A stretch of 63,990 bases of DNA, filler included, from Basidioascus undulatus (taxonomy: Eukaryota): the NCBI GenBank assembly GCA_000826855.1. It is 4 parts of 4 records of this genome, joined end to end, with 100 filler letters (N's around TTAATTAATTAA, not from the genome) between each part and the next. Parts side by side here need not be neighbours in the genome. Positions count along the whole stretch, not along the records: positions 1 to 29,835 come from JTLS01000121.1; 3 more parts are not named here. One strand, 5' to 3'. The position numbers were made by a program, and so were the translations under genes. Of this stretch, positions 12,745 through 26,181 are shown piece after piece. Every line of letters starts with the position of its first letter. The first letter of the stretch is position 1. The notes below the pieces were generated by a model, which saw nothing but the letters and a program-made list of their open reading frames with translations, did not search any database and was not told the origin of the DNA.

Positions 12745-15616
12745 ATGTCGGCTACCCCGCGCCGAGAGCTCCGGAATGCCACTCAACAGGCGACGGCCGT
12801 TTCCGTAGACAAGTGCCGCCGCTGGCTGCGTAAGAGCCTGCAAGCAGCGAACAGGGAAGGGGATCATGAGGGCGGCGATAGCGGTTCGGAGAGCAGCGAT
12901 TATGAGGATCAGCTGCCCACGAACCGGTACGCATTGCTTGCTGTCTTTGAGCAATATTCCAAATGCTGACAGAGGGTTGGCCACGGGGCAGTTGGGCGCC
13001 ACTGCTCAGCGGACTTCTTGTCCCTTTCGCTATCCTGTAAGCTCTACAATGCCCTCAATGAAATTCAAGTGGGTTTGAAACGTTTCAACCAGTCTCGAGA
13101 CAGGGGGCCTCGTCGGCCGGTGGTATGTGCGTACCGCAGACGATGCCAGTGGTCACAACGACATCGTGGAAACGCGACCGAATCCCGTCAGTACGGACAC
13201 TTCTTTGACCACCGGTCGACTGTTCTCTCCTCTGTTCACTAAAAGACTCATTCCTGGCCGACAGTCCTGCGCTTCGGACTGGCCGTATCCCTCTTCTGCG
13301 CTGTAACCGCGAGCGTGTGCCTAATTCTCCGATACATCGAAGTGCGAGCGAAGGCGGCTACGAGAGGTGCTGTGATCGCTCTAACGATCCATGGTGAGCC
13401 ACCAAATCCATGCAATCCACCTTCCCCGGCTTATGAAGTTCCGGCATCAAGACCTCATAAACATCATCGCGGTGAGCCGCGCCTTATCTGCTTCGGGCCC
13501 ACCTGCGCCAATCTATCATCGCGCAGCTGTCGATCTTCGCCGCAAAGCATGCTCCTGACGACGGATTCACCTTCGGTCAAGTGCGTTGTTGTCCACTCCT
13601 TGTGTGAATGTAAGCTTACCATGGCTTCCTCGCAGCCGTTCTGGATGACGTTCGCGTCGACGTGCGTAGCTACAGCGACGAATATCATGCTCGTTTGGGA
13701 CCAGTGGAGGACCAGGGGTATCCCTGAAGGACGTGAGCCCAGCTTCCCACTTGACATTGGGTAGTCGGTGAAGCTATCTTCTCCCCAGGGACTGCGCTCA
13801 ATCCGAAGGAGCGCTATTTGCTGAGCACAGTCATAGTGTTCCTCGGATACGTCGGCTTCGGCGGCTTGTTTTATTCGCTGTTACTGAAGACACTTTACAT
13901 GGATGCACTGTATTGTAAGTGCATCCTTTACTCTCGACTACCCTGATGCCATTATGATTGCAATACAATCCGAGAAACAGTCGTGGTCTGCACAACTACC
14001 ACTGTGCGCCGCCTTTGCTCCTTACATACCACGCTTGGGGTTAATGCTGTGTTCTTGGGATCATAAGGCGGGTTTCGGGGACATAACACCCACCAATTGG
14101 GAAGGCAAACTGTTCTTGTTCTTCTACGCATTAGTATGATTGCTCCTTATACCTTTGCCAAGAACACGGGTGGGCGACATGTTGACGAACAGCCTCCTAT
14201 AGGTCGGAATTGTGCTCATGGGTTTGTATCGCTGTTAAATTTCTCACACACATTAGGTGGCATGTTGAATGAGGTCATTCGGGGACAGGTATGGCGATTC
14301 AAGCAACTCAAGAGACCATAGCGCTTTACTTCGAGAACGGGTCCGTTTTACTCTCTTGCACAACGTCTCCAAATCCCCAATCATGGACACACCCCCATCT
14401 TCAGGTATCGACGCAGACGCGAGCGTATCGTCCGGCATCACTTCGAGCACAAGCACCGCCCAGCAGCCGATCGAGAACGGCTACGCCAAGTGCAGCGGCG
14501 CTTAGAAGAAGGGCAGCTCCCATCGCACACGCCGACACCACTGCGCCAGTCAATGGACGACCGAAGTCGTCAGGGTCGTCCTGGGAGGACGCCGAAAGCA
14601 AACAGCGGACCTCGTAACATGATCGAACGCACCGCCCGAGCACGCGCCCTCAAGCGTCGACTCGAAGAGGCCACGGAAGATGCGGATGACTGCTGGCCTC
14701 GTTTCAAACGGCAATTAATTTGGGAGAGAAGAAAGGAATATTGGAGGAGGGTAGGCCTCCCCTCTCTGCTGTTGTAGGATTCCAGCAGCTGACTAGTAGC
14801 AAGCACGTCTGGAAGTTGGCTTTTGCCATCACAATCTTTCTCATCTTCTGGTTGGTATGCCAGGAAGTTGCGGCTCCGTTTGCACTCCCTCTTCTGACCA
14901 CCAGTTCCTTTCCAAGGGTGGGGCGGCGGTCTTCATGCGAACCGAGGGCTGGAGCTATTTCAACGCAATGGTGCGTGTTGCACGTTGCTGCCAGTTGCTT
15001 GTGGCCGCGATCTGACCATACCTGTTTGAGATAAAGTACTTTTGCTTTGTTTCCTTCACTACTATAGGGTAAGCTCTTGTTACATAGGTTGGTATGCGTT
15101 TGTTGAAAAGAGATGAAAACAGGTTCGGCGACTTCTCGCCTCGTACTAGTGCTGGACGAGCGTTCTTCCTCTTCTGGGGACTGCTGGGAATCTCTATCAT
15201 GAGTGGGTCGATTTTATTCATAGTTAGGACCACAACTGCCCTCGGTTTCACACCCAAATACAGCTATACTCATATCCGTTCTGTCGGAGTCGTGGACGAA
15301 GCGGTACAAGCAGGCCGTGGGTGACGATCCCGAAGACGATAATCCGGTGCAGGACGTTCAACACGGCGGCGAGGAGCCGACGCCGCTACCATCACCGTTC
15401 CACGGCCTTACGCCTTTTATTAACGAGATACAGGAAGAAAAAGAGAGAAAGAGGAGCGAGGGCGAGGTTGATGGTGACGAAGAGAAAGGGGAAGGGCTCG
15501 GATCGGACGCACAGGGGAAGAACGAGGATGCGGAGAAGTTCGAAATAAGCCCAAGCAGCCCAACAAGTGGCACGGCATTGCTTTCGCCGACGGTTTTCAA
15601 AGAGGGAGAGGAATGA
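12745..15616 (+). CDS. TOK1-like two-pore outward-rectifier K+ channel, multi-exon
   Basis: Two pore loops (TTTT/AGFGDITP and FTTIG/FGDFSP, followed by GRAFFLFWGLLGI) plus extra N-terminal TM helices (PFWMTFAST). Gene ends approximate. Confidence 0.85.
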
Positions 15617-15962
15617 GGAACGATTGTGGCTGAATAAGCCTCTCGCAGGAACTTGCTTTATGCATTCATCGCATGTGAGCGTCTGGCATGTCAATGTGTG
15701 GCAAAGTTTCTGCACGACAATGTAGGACATTTGCATCTTCTTAAAACAGGATTGGAGAAATGGCTAAGATTGTGTGTTCCCAGTAAGAAAAGGGCACAGC
15801 TCGAGATTGTCGGATGAGATTGTCAAGAGGACAGATGCAGACAAAGGCGCTGCCAGAAAATAACGACCACGAGCAGTGAGAAAATGACCACCACATGGTC
15901 CCGTCTAGTTTCATTTTCTTCTCCGGCTGATAAGATTGTCACTGCTGTCGCTACCACCAAGA

Positions 15963-16159
15963 TCATGCAGCAGATCCTCCAGCAGGCGCAGTCCGACCCG
16001 CGTGCGCTGCAGGAGCACATGAAGAGTGCATTCTTCGCTACCACAGGCCACATGCCTTAATCACAAAGTGCTGATTCCCCGTTTTTGGTTTCTCAGACCC
16101 CGTAGTGAGGGGAAAGATCCAGAAGCTTGTCTTGACTGGAATCAGTCAGGATCAGGTGA
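15963..16159 (+). pseudogene. Inverted duplicate of the last two STI1 exons, with their intron
   Basis: [41 protein letters not shown] matches 9296-9107 on the minus strand. It has a 1-nt insertion before the TGA and no upstream exons. Confidence 0.85.
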
Positions 16160-16380
16160 AGCGTGTCGGGTGTCCCCGGAGGGCTTTGATGTATTGCTTT
16201 CGCTGAGCAAACGCAAGTCGGGCGGTGTATGCTCGACAAGCCTGTTGCAAGCTCGAAGCATGACCAACACAACTGTCTCGCATACGCTAGGCACAGCGTC
16301 CCAGCGCAGTAATCGGATCACCGTATTCATGGTAAATCCCCGCATCCTCGAAATACAACAGACAAAAGACTCCGACAACA
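16160..16380. repeat. Flank X copy (inverted repeat of 6115-6337), directly after the duplicated STI1 stop
   Basis: gcgtgtcgggtgtccccggagggctttgat matches the reverse complement of 6307-6336 with a few substitutions. Confidence 0.85.
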
Positions 16381-16433
16381 TGGGGCCAAGCAACCTACGG
16401 AACGAGCCCGCTCTCCGCGCTCCGTCTCCCTTC

Positions 16434-19400
16434 TCACCTGTTCCGCTCGTCGACTGTGCACAGGCAAATCGGAAGTCAGCCGACTGGCAAGCGGCCGCAG
16501 TCACAGGAAGCATAATGGCAGATTAGTCGTCTAACTCCATACGCACGGTACTGCTGCTTCCAGCTCCACTCGAGCTTCTCGACGCGCTGTGGATTGGCAG
16601 ACACTCATCAGCGTCCGGTGCCTCTTCGCTTCACTTGGCCACTTACCGTCCGTGGTACTCTCCTCGACAAGCCCGCAGCGATCTGATAGCCCACGTTCAG
16701 TGCCCGTCCTCGCTTCCAGGGACCGAAAGAGGGAAGAGAACAGTTAGACACACGAGCGCCGCGACCCCTCCAAAGCGTAGCACCCACGCAACGCCGTTCG
16801 AGCCGACACGCATGCCCTTCCCGCCGCCGCCCCCTCCGCCCGGCATGTCGTCGTCCCCAGCGAGCGCTTGAAACAGATGAGCATGCGGCGATGATGATTC
16901 GCTGGCTGAGGCGGCTGCGACGATACGGAAGATGATGGATGAGACGATAGCGACCTTCACACGACCCGCGCGCCATGTAAGCGGCTTGCGGCAAATCAAG
17001 ATTGAGGGAGACGCAAGCGTACGATGAGCTGTGACGAAACGATCGCGAGGTTATGGATGCCGAGCACTGTCCCGCCCGTCATCTTCGGTGCGTCCGCGAC
17101 GTCCTCGTCTTCTTCCTCCTCGTCTTCCTCAACGACCTCCTCGTTCACGAGTCTCCCATCCCTGCCGTACGCAGCATACTCCCCGCGTTCAGCGTCAGGC
17201 AAGAGCGGTGCGCACTCGCCGAGGGCTGCCTCGGCGCGGCGGCGACCGCTGATGGGAGAGGCAGGCGAGTAGGCAAAGAGGGGGCCGGGCATGCTCGCTG
17301 CGCGCCGGATGGGCGTGCGCGAGGGAGACAGAAACGTCGGCTCGGAGTTAGTTTCGTCTGCGAGCTCTTTCAGGACCTCGCCTGCGGAGGAAGGGAAGGG
17401 ATTCATGGGATCGTGAGGTCGTTGGCGTCAGCGTCTAGCTGCTGACAAGTTGAGCGGGAAAACTTACCGAGAATTGCGAACGGGACCCAGCACGAAACTG
17501 CCCAGGGAATCCCGACCAAGGCCATCATGATCGTAGCCTGTTTCCTCCAGTGGGTCCTGGGTTGTCAGCACCGGCTCTTTCACCTTCTCCCTTCACGACC
17601 CCCGATTCCTTTCACGCACCCCTTGAACCGACTGGATCCAGAACGTCGAAAACATGCATCCGGTGAAGAGGAGCAAGGCGCCAGTCCAGATATTGCGGAG
17701 CGTGAACGGGCTATAGCGACGAGCGAGGGTGCGGCGAGCAAAAGTGAGTCTTAGCGTCCGGCTCGCCTTGTTGGAGGGCAGCGGGGAGAACGGGACCCAC
17801 TTCTTATCAAGCTTTGGAGGATGCTCAGTCGGCGACGAGGGCGGTTCAGGCTGGTGTTTCGAAAGGTGTGGCACTGTACGTGGACACGAAGAACAATGTT
17901 GAGTTTCATTTTCAGCAAGACTGGCCCGGACCTGATTGAAGGAAGCGGCGCACGAATGGTCCCCGCAACCATGGCGACTGTCAGTTGGCGTAGGCCCAAC
18001 CCATCACGTTCTCTCTGTCAGCCGGATCTTCTCACAAGCAAAACCGGCCAACGCACCGATCGCATACAGCAACAGCGCAAACGATCCCGCCCTCGTCGCG
18101 CGCTCGGGATCGGGCAAGCGGCCCTTCGAATCGGCCATGATCTCGGCCATGTAGGTAGTTGAGTAGAAGAGGACTGTCGTATCAGGGTTTTGAGAAGGGC
18201 CAGCCTCAGATCTTGGGACTTTATGCAACAACCGGAGAGGTAGGACGGCAGAAAGAGCGTACAGGGGAACCTGGGTGATACTGTTTGTGAGCGTATGCTC
18301 CGCAAAGAAAGACAGCTGAGTAAGAAGGGTAGCAGCTTACCAGCCCATGAACGCAAACACTTGGACGTAGCATACCCGCCTCACGGGCTTCGGTAGGTGC
18401 GTAACGGCGTAAACGATCGTACGAAACATGTTACTGATGACTCTATGTTCCGCCAAACCCCGAAAAACAACATCTCGCCTCGTCAGTAGCTCGGTTCCCC
18501 TCGGCTGATGACAGGGCACTTACCCGCCCGGCTTCTCCTCGTCTGGATCCCTCGGCTGCTCCTCCTGCGTCACGCACGTGATGACCACGGTGACCGTGAG
18601 GAAAACAAGTCCGAAGAGACAGAGCTTGCGGAACTGGCCGTCACCGAGCGGCTGGAGCCAGCGGATCGCATCGAGGTCGACGAAGCCTGAGTTTGTTTCC
18701 GCAATCAGCGTCAGTAGCGCGAGAGGAGGTCAACTAGAGAGGGTCATAACGAAGACTGACCAAGAGTGTATCCAACAATATTGGCGGCATGCGTGAACCG
18801 CCCATGCCACGCCATTGCTTGGCTCTGCTGTGGCCCGGGCGCGACGTCGAGGACGAGTGCGCGAAGGGACGCTTGGAGGGCGTTGAGGCAAAAGTCGAGG
18901 ATGACGAAGGAGGCGATGGCGATGAGGATGGTAATTGTGTGTACCTGAAACACGTTGGAGATAGCGGTCAGCTACATCGGACAAACGGGAGCAAGAGGAA
19001 TGGAAGAGGCAAGGGAGCGGAAGGCAACAGTCACGGCCGGAAGGACGCACTCGGGAAGCGAAGACTGGATCCCAATCGCCCTCGCCTGATCCGGCGAGGT
19101 TGACGAGCAAGCGAGCGACCTCGCGCGCGAAGGCGAGGAGGAGCATCGTGAGAATAATGCCGGCTGTTCCGCCCGCCTGTTCGAGCGCATCCCACCATAC
19201 TTCAGCTCAAAATGACCAGCGGGTGTAGTCATGAAGGGTAGTAACCCACGATGTAGGCTCTCCGTCTGAAGCGTGAGGGTGATGCGTCGGACAGGGCGCC
19301 AATGACAGGTTGCGTGAAGAGGCCTGAGATCGGGCCTGCCATCCAGACTATTGCCGTCGCTGTTTTAGGTACGTCGAGGGAAAGCAGGAAGGGAGTTCCG

Positions 19401-19900
19401 TATCTTTTATCCGTCCCAGCACAGCTCGTTCAGTCGACATCATTCCGATACTACGCGAGCTGGGAGAGGAAAGACGCACGCCATCTCAATTGCCCAGGCC
19501 AGCTGCGCCCCGCCCATGCTGCACGTCAACCCGAGCATCTTGCCCAGCCCCATGGGCCGCTCATCTTCCTTCTCTACGCCAGTACCTCCTGCGGTGTCAC
19601 CAGCATGGGATGACCCGGACGAGAGGGCAGAGGTGGACGAGACGAGGTCGCCCTGGGAGAAGGTGCGGCGGTGGGGGAGAGCCGGGCGGCGGAGAGGCTG
19701 GTGGAACGTGAATCCTTCCGAGTCCCAAGCAGGTACAAAGGGAGTAGACTGGGGGTAGTTCCGACCATTATTACGACATTGTGCACATGGAAGCAGAGTA
19801 ACACGAAGGAGATGACACGCACGATGACTTTGAAGATGGGCGGACGCGACTGCCTGCCCCGCGGCGCACTGGGAAGCTGCAGCGGTGGGGAAGGGGGCAT
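16434..19900 (-). CDS. MFS sucrose/alpha-glucoside transporter (SUT1/SLC45-type), multi-exon
   Basis: GGAQLAWAIEMA, VWMAGPISGLFTQPVIGALSD, LDFCLNALQASLRALVLD, QVFAFMGW, GTVLGIHNLAIVSSQ, WVLRFGG. The 3' end is approximate. Confidence 0.88.
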
Positions 19901-20732
19901 CGCGATTTCAGATGCGCGAGTGAGACCTGACTGTTTGAGTGTCGTCGACTACGAAACAAACGCGACTTTGGAATGGTACAAAATCAACGAGCAAGGGGCA
20001 GTTGGAGGCTCAGGGCGACTCCCGGCGATCCGAACGTCATCTGTGGGAACCTCGCACGTGATAAAAGATCAATCGCCAGGTGCCCTCGACCTGGCAGTCG
20101 TTTCTATGGCTTTTTTGTCAAGGTCGCACTAAAATACACTGAAAATGATAAATGCTGGTCCTTAAGGAGTTCCGGATCAAGACCTTCGAACAACCCGAAT
20201 ACGCCCGAGCGCCAAGTCCTGCAGCATACCCATGGTCAACTCGGGTATGCGAACGAGTCGACTGCGCCCCGTCGCCTTGTTCCTCTCCCGAGCCTGCGCT
20301 AAGGGTCCCGCCCACTCGGACTTCCATCCCTGTAGCTCCCAGCCGCGCTCGGCAAGCCAGGCAGTCGGATCCTGAAAGATGTACAGTACAGGTGTGGCAA
20401 ACAGCCGCCAGTGGTCTAGACATTGCTGGGCACTTCAGGGAATAGTAGGGAGACATCTCCGACGCACGTTGAGGAAGCAATGGGGAAGCTGTTTGCGATT
20501 CTTGCCCCTCTGTGCGAGAGGACAACGAAGGGATGCGTGAGTGAGCTAGATTGAGCAGCACAGTGGTACCGATTCGCCCAGCTGGCCTCGCGGATCCGCG
20601 CGCTGGAGAACATGCAAGAGCTCTTGAGCGCACCAGCGTGAAAGGCCCGGACGATAGCCGTGGGGTCCGAGTTCATGTTCAGGCACGATGCCGAGCGCGA
20701 CGAGCGTCACGCTGAGCGCGGTAGTGCCATGC

Positions 20733-21619
20733 ATACCTCATAGTATGACCATAAAACCTCATAAAGTATCATACCTCATACTCATGCATACTGCCCTGTC
20801 CTGGAGTGTATGGTCATATATGAGGATAAACCTCATAGCATGAGGGAGTGTATGATGTTCTGGATGCCGAACAAGATCTGTGCATTGAGTTACTTTTTAG
20901 GCATTCCAATGTGGTGGAGACAAACAAAGTCAATTTCCAGCTCATATATTCTTTCAGCCCGCCACTGCAATTATATGGGAAAGAGAGTATGGGATCAGTT
21001 ATGATGCTACAGGCAGAAGTAGAACCGCCTCTCAGAGACCTCATGCAGCCTGAGTCAGTCAGTCACCTTCTTTGTAGTCACTGGGTTTCAAGAAAACTGG
21101 CCACATTTGAACATACATCTTGAAGAATACATTGTTAGTCAGCCTTTCTTGCATTTTGCCATGATGAGCGTTGACAAGCAAATAAGCATTGAGCCTGGAC
21201 TTCCCTCCTTCTGACCTGCAGATTTTCGGAAAGTGCATGCCATTTACCTTCCAGCTATGCTTGCTCTATCATATCACCCTGTCAGTCAGTTGTAGCACTC
21301 CTTGAAGCATTGGAAACCACCTTGGGTGGGTGTGCTGACATGAAACGTGGGTTCTCACTCTCAGGTTACTTGAGACATGTTCAGTAGAAAAAAGAACTCA
21401 GCTTGGCCCATTTGACGCAATCTGGCTGTGTGTTTCTGTGTTACGAGTCTGAACTGCTGACCTCCGCCATTGAGATTCCCTCCCAAGCCCCTTCGGAATA
21501 CCAACCTCATACCAAAGTCATATACTATGAGGAAGTATAGCCATACATGCTCATCCTCATACCCATACTCATACATACCCAAAAAAATGTATGAGTACGA
21601 GTATGAGTTCCAGCCTTAG
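20733..21619. mobile_element. Degenerate DNA-transposon remnant with ctcata/tatgag subterminal repeat arrays (hAT-like end)
   Basis: Dense ctcata/tatgag arrays at 20733-20860 and 21504-21608, ending in ...gagttccagccttag. The interior is AT-rich and CpG-poor compared with neighbouring genes. Confidence 0.45.
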
Positions 21620-22587
21620 GCAAATGGTCCGTTGATGCCAGATACTGTCAGGTCTTCCCGCTCGGGTGATATTGTGCATATTTCTAATTGAGCTGCGTCC
21701 TTTTAATCCCAAGAGGTCGAGACACAAATGCGGTGCCACTGCTCACTTTCACTTGCTGTACCGTGCCGGCTCGCTCTCCGAGATCTTCAGAAGCATCTGG
21801 CGCACCCGCTTTCTTGAGACAGCTGAATTTATGATAATCCTGGAACGGGTTGGTAGACTCACATGAAATTGTCTGGGCAGGATGCCTCGAAGAAGGGAGC
21901 GGCAAATGCTGGCGCTTGGAGAGCATACAGTTGAGGACACGCCTGCTGGAGTCAATATAGAGATGCAGATGTTTAAAATATGACACCACAAGAAAATTGG
22001 AAGTGCTTTGGATGATCTTTAATGTGAATGGCGACTGAACTCCATGGGTCAACCTGCACACAGCGTAAGAGCAGAACTCGAACACGGCGAGGACTTGGTG
22101 AATATTGCCCCAGGCTGCACCACCGTGGTACATGCGGCTTTCAGGGTGAACTAGCATGTGAATCATCTGGATACCATGAGATTAGTGGCTGTTGCAGAAG
22201 GTCCCGCTTCGATGACGCAGCCCTCTGCAGCCGCGGTGCTTGAGGCGGCGCCTGTTACACCCTGCTTTTAAGCTCATTAAAAAGCAGCCCGATGACATGT
22301 ACCTCATTTAGTATGTCATACTATTTTGCATGCGGCCGTCTTACAAGCACAGCGGCGAGCGGATTGTGACTTCCCATCCGGCATGCCAAGTGTAGTCTGA
22401 CTGCATTCGCGGTTCTGACTAGCAACAACCCACAACAAATTATTTTGATCCCTACCTGAAGCCGGCCCTTGTGCTTTGTGCTGTTGCCCTTCTCTCTTCT
22501 TCGTTGCAAGCAGCGCGGCTCTCCGTCAAATCCCGCTCACACTCATCCACCGCAGCGCCCCTACCCCCTCCGCTCAGTTCACCCCAC

Positions 22588-23410
22588 ATGCCCACCGTCC
22601 AGATGCTCAAGTTACCTCCCCTGCCGAAGCAGCCGACCGACCACGCATGCCGAACGGTCCGCGGTCGCGGACAAGCTCGAACGGGCACCCGTCAACTGTG
22701 AAGGCCGTCTCCGATGCCGCGTTCCGGGAGCAGTGGGTCCGGACCCACGGCGTCTCCAGACCGGGACATACGGCATCGACTCGAGAGATTCAGCGGAGCA
22801 TGGAGGGAATGGGGAAGTGGGCAGAGAGCCTGAAGGATGGGTTAGTGGAGGAGCAAGGTGAGTGGGCGGTCCTTCTAGCGCTCAGCTGTGCGCCGGCACG
22901 GTAACCCAATATTGTATGCGTTTGCTCTCGCACGTCTCAAAAAGGCACCCAGAATTCTCGATCCAGAATGGTATCCGGTCTTTTTAAACACCAAGCGGTT
23001 CGGTCTAGTCCACGGGCGCTTCCCGGGCTTCGTCCCATTATCAGCTTGCTAGGACCCGGCCTCTACGAGCTGGAGCCCTGGATCCGCAACCGGATTTACT
23101 ACCTCGAGATGACTTCGACGAAGGCTTGCGCACATGCGGCCCGGCAGCTCAACGCCCTCGTCCAGTCCGTCATCGCGCTCGCGTTCGTTCGGTGTCGGCG
23201 TCCTCCTCACGCCGTTCTCTACGCTACGGCAGCCCGCCCGAACGCCACGGACATACTCCGCATACTCTTTCGGGTTCAGGGTTTGGACCACCTCAGATCG
23301 GAGTACGTGCTTGCTGACGAGAGGCCGAACGGGCTGCCATCATCGGCCGGGACTTGACTGCACGCCTGGGCGACTATGGGGAGACGCTGTACATTACTAT
23401 CCCGCTTAGC
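22588..23410 (+). pseudogene. Hypothetical, apparently frameshifted gene
   Basis: Coding-like GC-rich segments in shifting frames (MLKLPPLP..., SDAAFREQWVRTHG..., LYELEPWIRNRIYYLEM...) with a gtgagt donor at 22858. Confidence 0.3.
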
Positions 23411-24007
23411 GCTTAATTGTTTGCCGTGTGCTATAGAATTAAAGGATTTTAAGGAGCTTGATTCTGATAACGGCTTCAGAACCAACTGACTCCTCGCTTG
23501 CACCGTTTTGGAATGCAGACACGCAGGGCCGACGTTTGAGATTCACGCTCACTACACCAAAGTCAACCGTTCTCGAACTTGGACAGTCAAGCTGGTTCCC
23601 AAATTTAAATCAATGGTATTACTTTGGTCTTTCTAGAAGCCTCGCGGTACGGCATGGTCCCATGGACGCTTCCTGCGGATCACGGAAGCGGAGAGCTGCT
23701 GGACGATCCCACAAGCAATTATGAGCTTCAAGATCTTTATCGGGACACAAGCGCCCACAGATAGGAAAATGCATCCACAGGCGGACCGAATGATCCAACG
23801 AAACGAGCGATACGGTCTACTCCGATTCATCACATGCAGATGCATTAAGGCTCGTGCCAGGCCGTTTTACTAATTCGAATGCTGCAAATCGAAGGACCGA
23901 TGATCGATTAACGAAGAGAAAGCATGCACATGAAAGCGAAGTGCCTCTGCGACTGCGAGGCCGGGGAGGGTGTAGAAAGGAGATTGCGAGAGCGATGAAG
24001 ACGAGAA

Positions 24008-26181
24008 TTAGTCGTCCCATTCGTGTGAGTGGCCGTTGACCTTTCCGTTGGAGAGGCAGAAGGAGCCCATCTCCATGGTGCGCTCAGGCTCGGCGAAGGG
24101 GAGGGTGATATCTGTTCCGGTCGCTCATCCATCTCTCAGCATCCCCGTGCGCACCAGGCAGAAACAGCAACCAAGGCAGAGCACGTACCCTGTCGTCTCT
24201 GCGCGACCCTGACCCACCGCCTACGCCTGACCCAGTACTTCTCCTCCTGCGCCCCGTTCGCCTTCCCCTTCGCTGCCGCGGTCGTCCCCGCCTTGGCCGT
24301 CGCGGGGCCCTTCGCCCCGCTCACTTGGCCCGACATCATCTGCGCCGTCTTGAACCCGCCGACGCCCTTGCCCGCGAGGAGGGCGTCGAGGTGCGCCGGG
24401 CGCGCAGAGCGCCAGGCGTGTGGCGGTGCGGCGAAGGACGGCGCGTAGAGCCAGCCTTCGGGGTCGGGGTCAGTGGGCGTGTCGAGGAAGGGAGAGGGCG
24501 GCAGGGGCTGCCAAGTATCGGAGCTGTCGGTAGGCGCATGAGTGTGTGGGGCGCGAGACATGGAGGGGATTGGGAAGTGAGAATGGGAAAGGAAGACGCA
24601 CAGCCAGAACCACGCCTTCCCCTCCTCTCCCTTCGAGCCCAGAACGAGCTCGAACGGATCTTCCAAGCCAGGCAGCCCCACGTCGTCCCTGCCTTGCGCA
24701 CCCAAGGCCCGCAGCGCCTCGCCGCCCGCGCCCTCGGAGCCGGGCATGCGGAGCTCCCACGCCGCGCGGCGTCCGTCGCGCCCCAGGCCGCTCGCGCTCC
24801 ACCGCGGTTTTCCCCCGTTCCCGAGGAGCGTCTTGAGCCGCATGTCGAGCCGCTGGTTCTCGTAGACCACTACAGGGACGGTTTGGTGCGCGGCGAGAGG
24901 GTTGTAGGTTGAGGGAGAGGGGAAGAGGGGGGACTCGTGGCGGGCGAGGAGCTGCGCGGGGCAATTGAAGGGAAGGGGGTGAGAGTGGGATCGGATAGCA
25001 GGCAAGACGTAAAGGGAGGGAAGGGGGAAGGAAGGAGAAGCAGAAAACACATTTCAGCACGCACATCGCAGGCGGCGAGATGGAGCATGGAAGCGGCGAG
25101 CGAGTACGCCGTTGTACCGAAGCGGTTGCGGGTGAAGGGGTATGCGGGCGTTGGCGGGTCGGTGAGGAGGTACGAGAGCACCGAGAGGTGGCCCTTGCTC
25201 GCCGCGTTCACTTTTCCCGATCAAAACCAACCGAGCACCATCTCAGTTCAACCGCAGTCTGAAAGAGAGGTCTTTCCAAACGTACTGAGCGCAGTGTAAC
25301 CGCCGCCCGTCCCGCCCAGGCTCTCAATATCGGCGCCAGCCTGCACCAGCGCGCGCACGCCGTCCTCGGACCCGGCAGAGGCGGCGTTGTGCAGCGCCGT
25401 CCAGCCGTCATTGTCAGTGTGTCTCGCGTCGGCTAAGGTGGCGAGTAAGTAGAGGAGCGTGGGGAGGTGTGCGGGCGTGTGGGAGGCGCGGAGGAGGGGC
25501 GTCTGGGTTGATGGTGTTTCAGAGCGTGTAGAGGATAGAGGAGCGGAAAGAGAGAAGAACGCACCTCGCCCTCCTTGTCTTCCATGTCCACTATCGCCCC
25601 GCATTCCTCCACCACTGCAGCCAGCCTCACAGTCTATCAACCAACCTTCGTTCACGCCATACTCCCAACAACGACTCACAGTACTGCGCGACCCGCAAGT
25701 GCCCCCGTCCAGCAGCAGCATGCAAGACCGTGACGCCCGTCCTGGCGTCTGCCTCGTTCGCCGCCCCAAACTTGTCGTCCGAGTCCTCCCCGAGGAGCGC
25801 CTTGAGCGCGTCCAAGTCGCCCTCGAGCGCAGCGCGCTGGATCGCGCGCCTCTTCTCAGAATCCGGCTCGGGCTCGGGAGGGAGGGAGGAGGGCGCGGTG
25901 GAGATCGCGGGTTCCTCCGGCTCGGGGTCCAGCTCGGGCGTGAGCGTGCGAGGGGGGGTGGGGGACGCCGGGTAGCGGAATTCCTCCTCTTCGTTGGCGG
26001 CGGGGGTGGTGGTTGTGGTGGAAGATGTGGTAGGCGGTTGCGACAGAGGGTCGGTCGAAGCTGCAGGGCCGTCTGCTGGCTCGTCCTCAGCTGCGCCGGG
26101 GTAAACGAACACCTCGTCGTCCTCGTCCTCGTCGGGCGGCGCAAGACCGGCGGATTGGAGCGGGTCTACAAACGAGGCCAT
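24008..26181 (-). CDS. Upa1-like protein: two PAM2L-like motifs, ankyrin repeats and a DysF/Pex24-type domain, with no FYVE/RING seen
   Basis: DEDEDDEVFVYPG and EEEEFRYP; GVTVLHAAAGRGH, GWTALHNAASAG, GYTALMNAASKGH; VYENQR...EGWLYAPSF...WVRRRRWVR; last exon ...HEWDD*. Confidence 0.8.
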
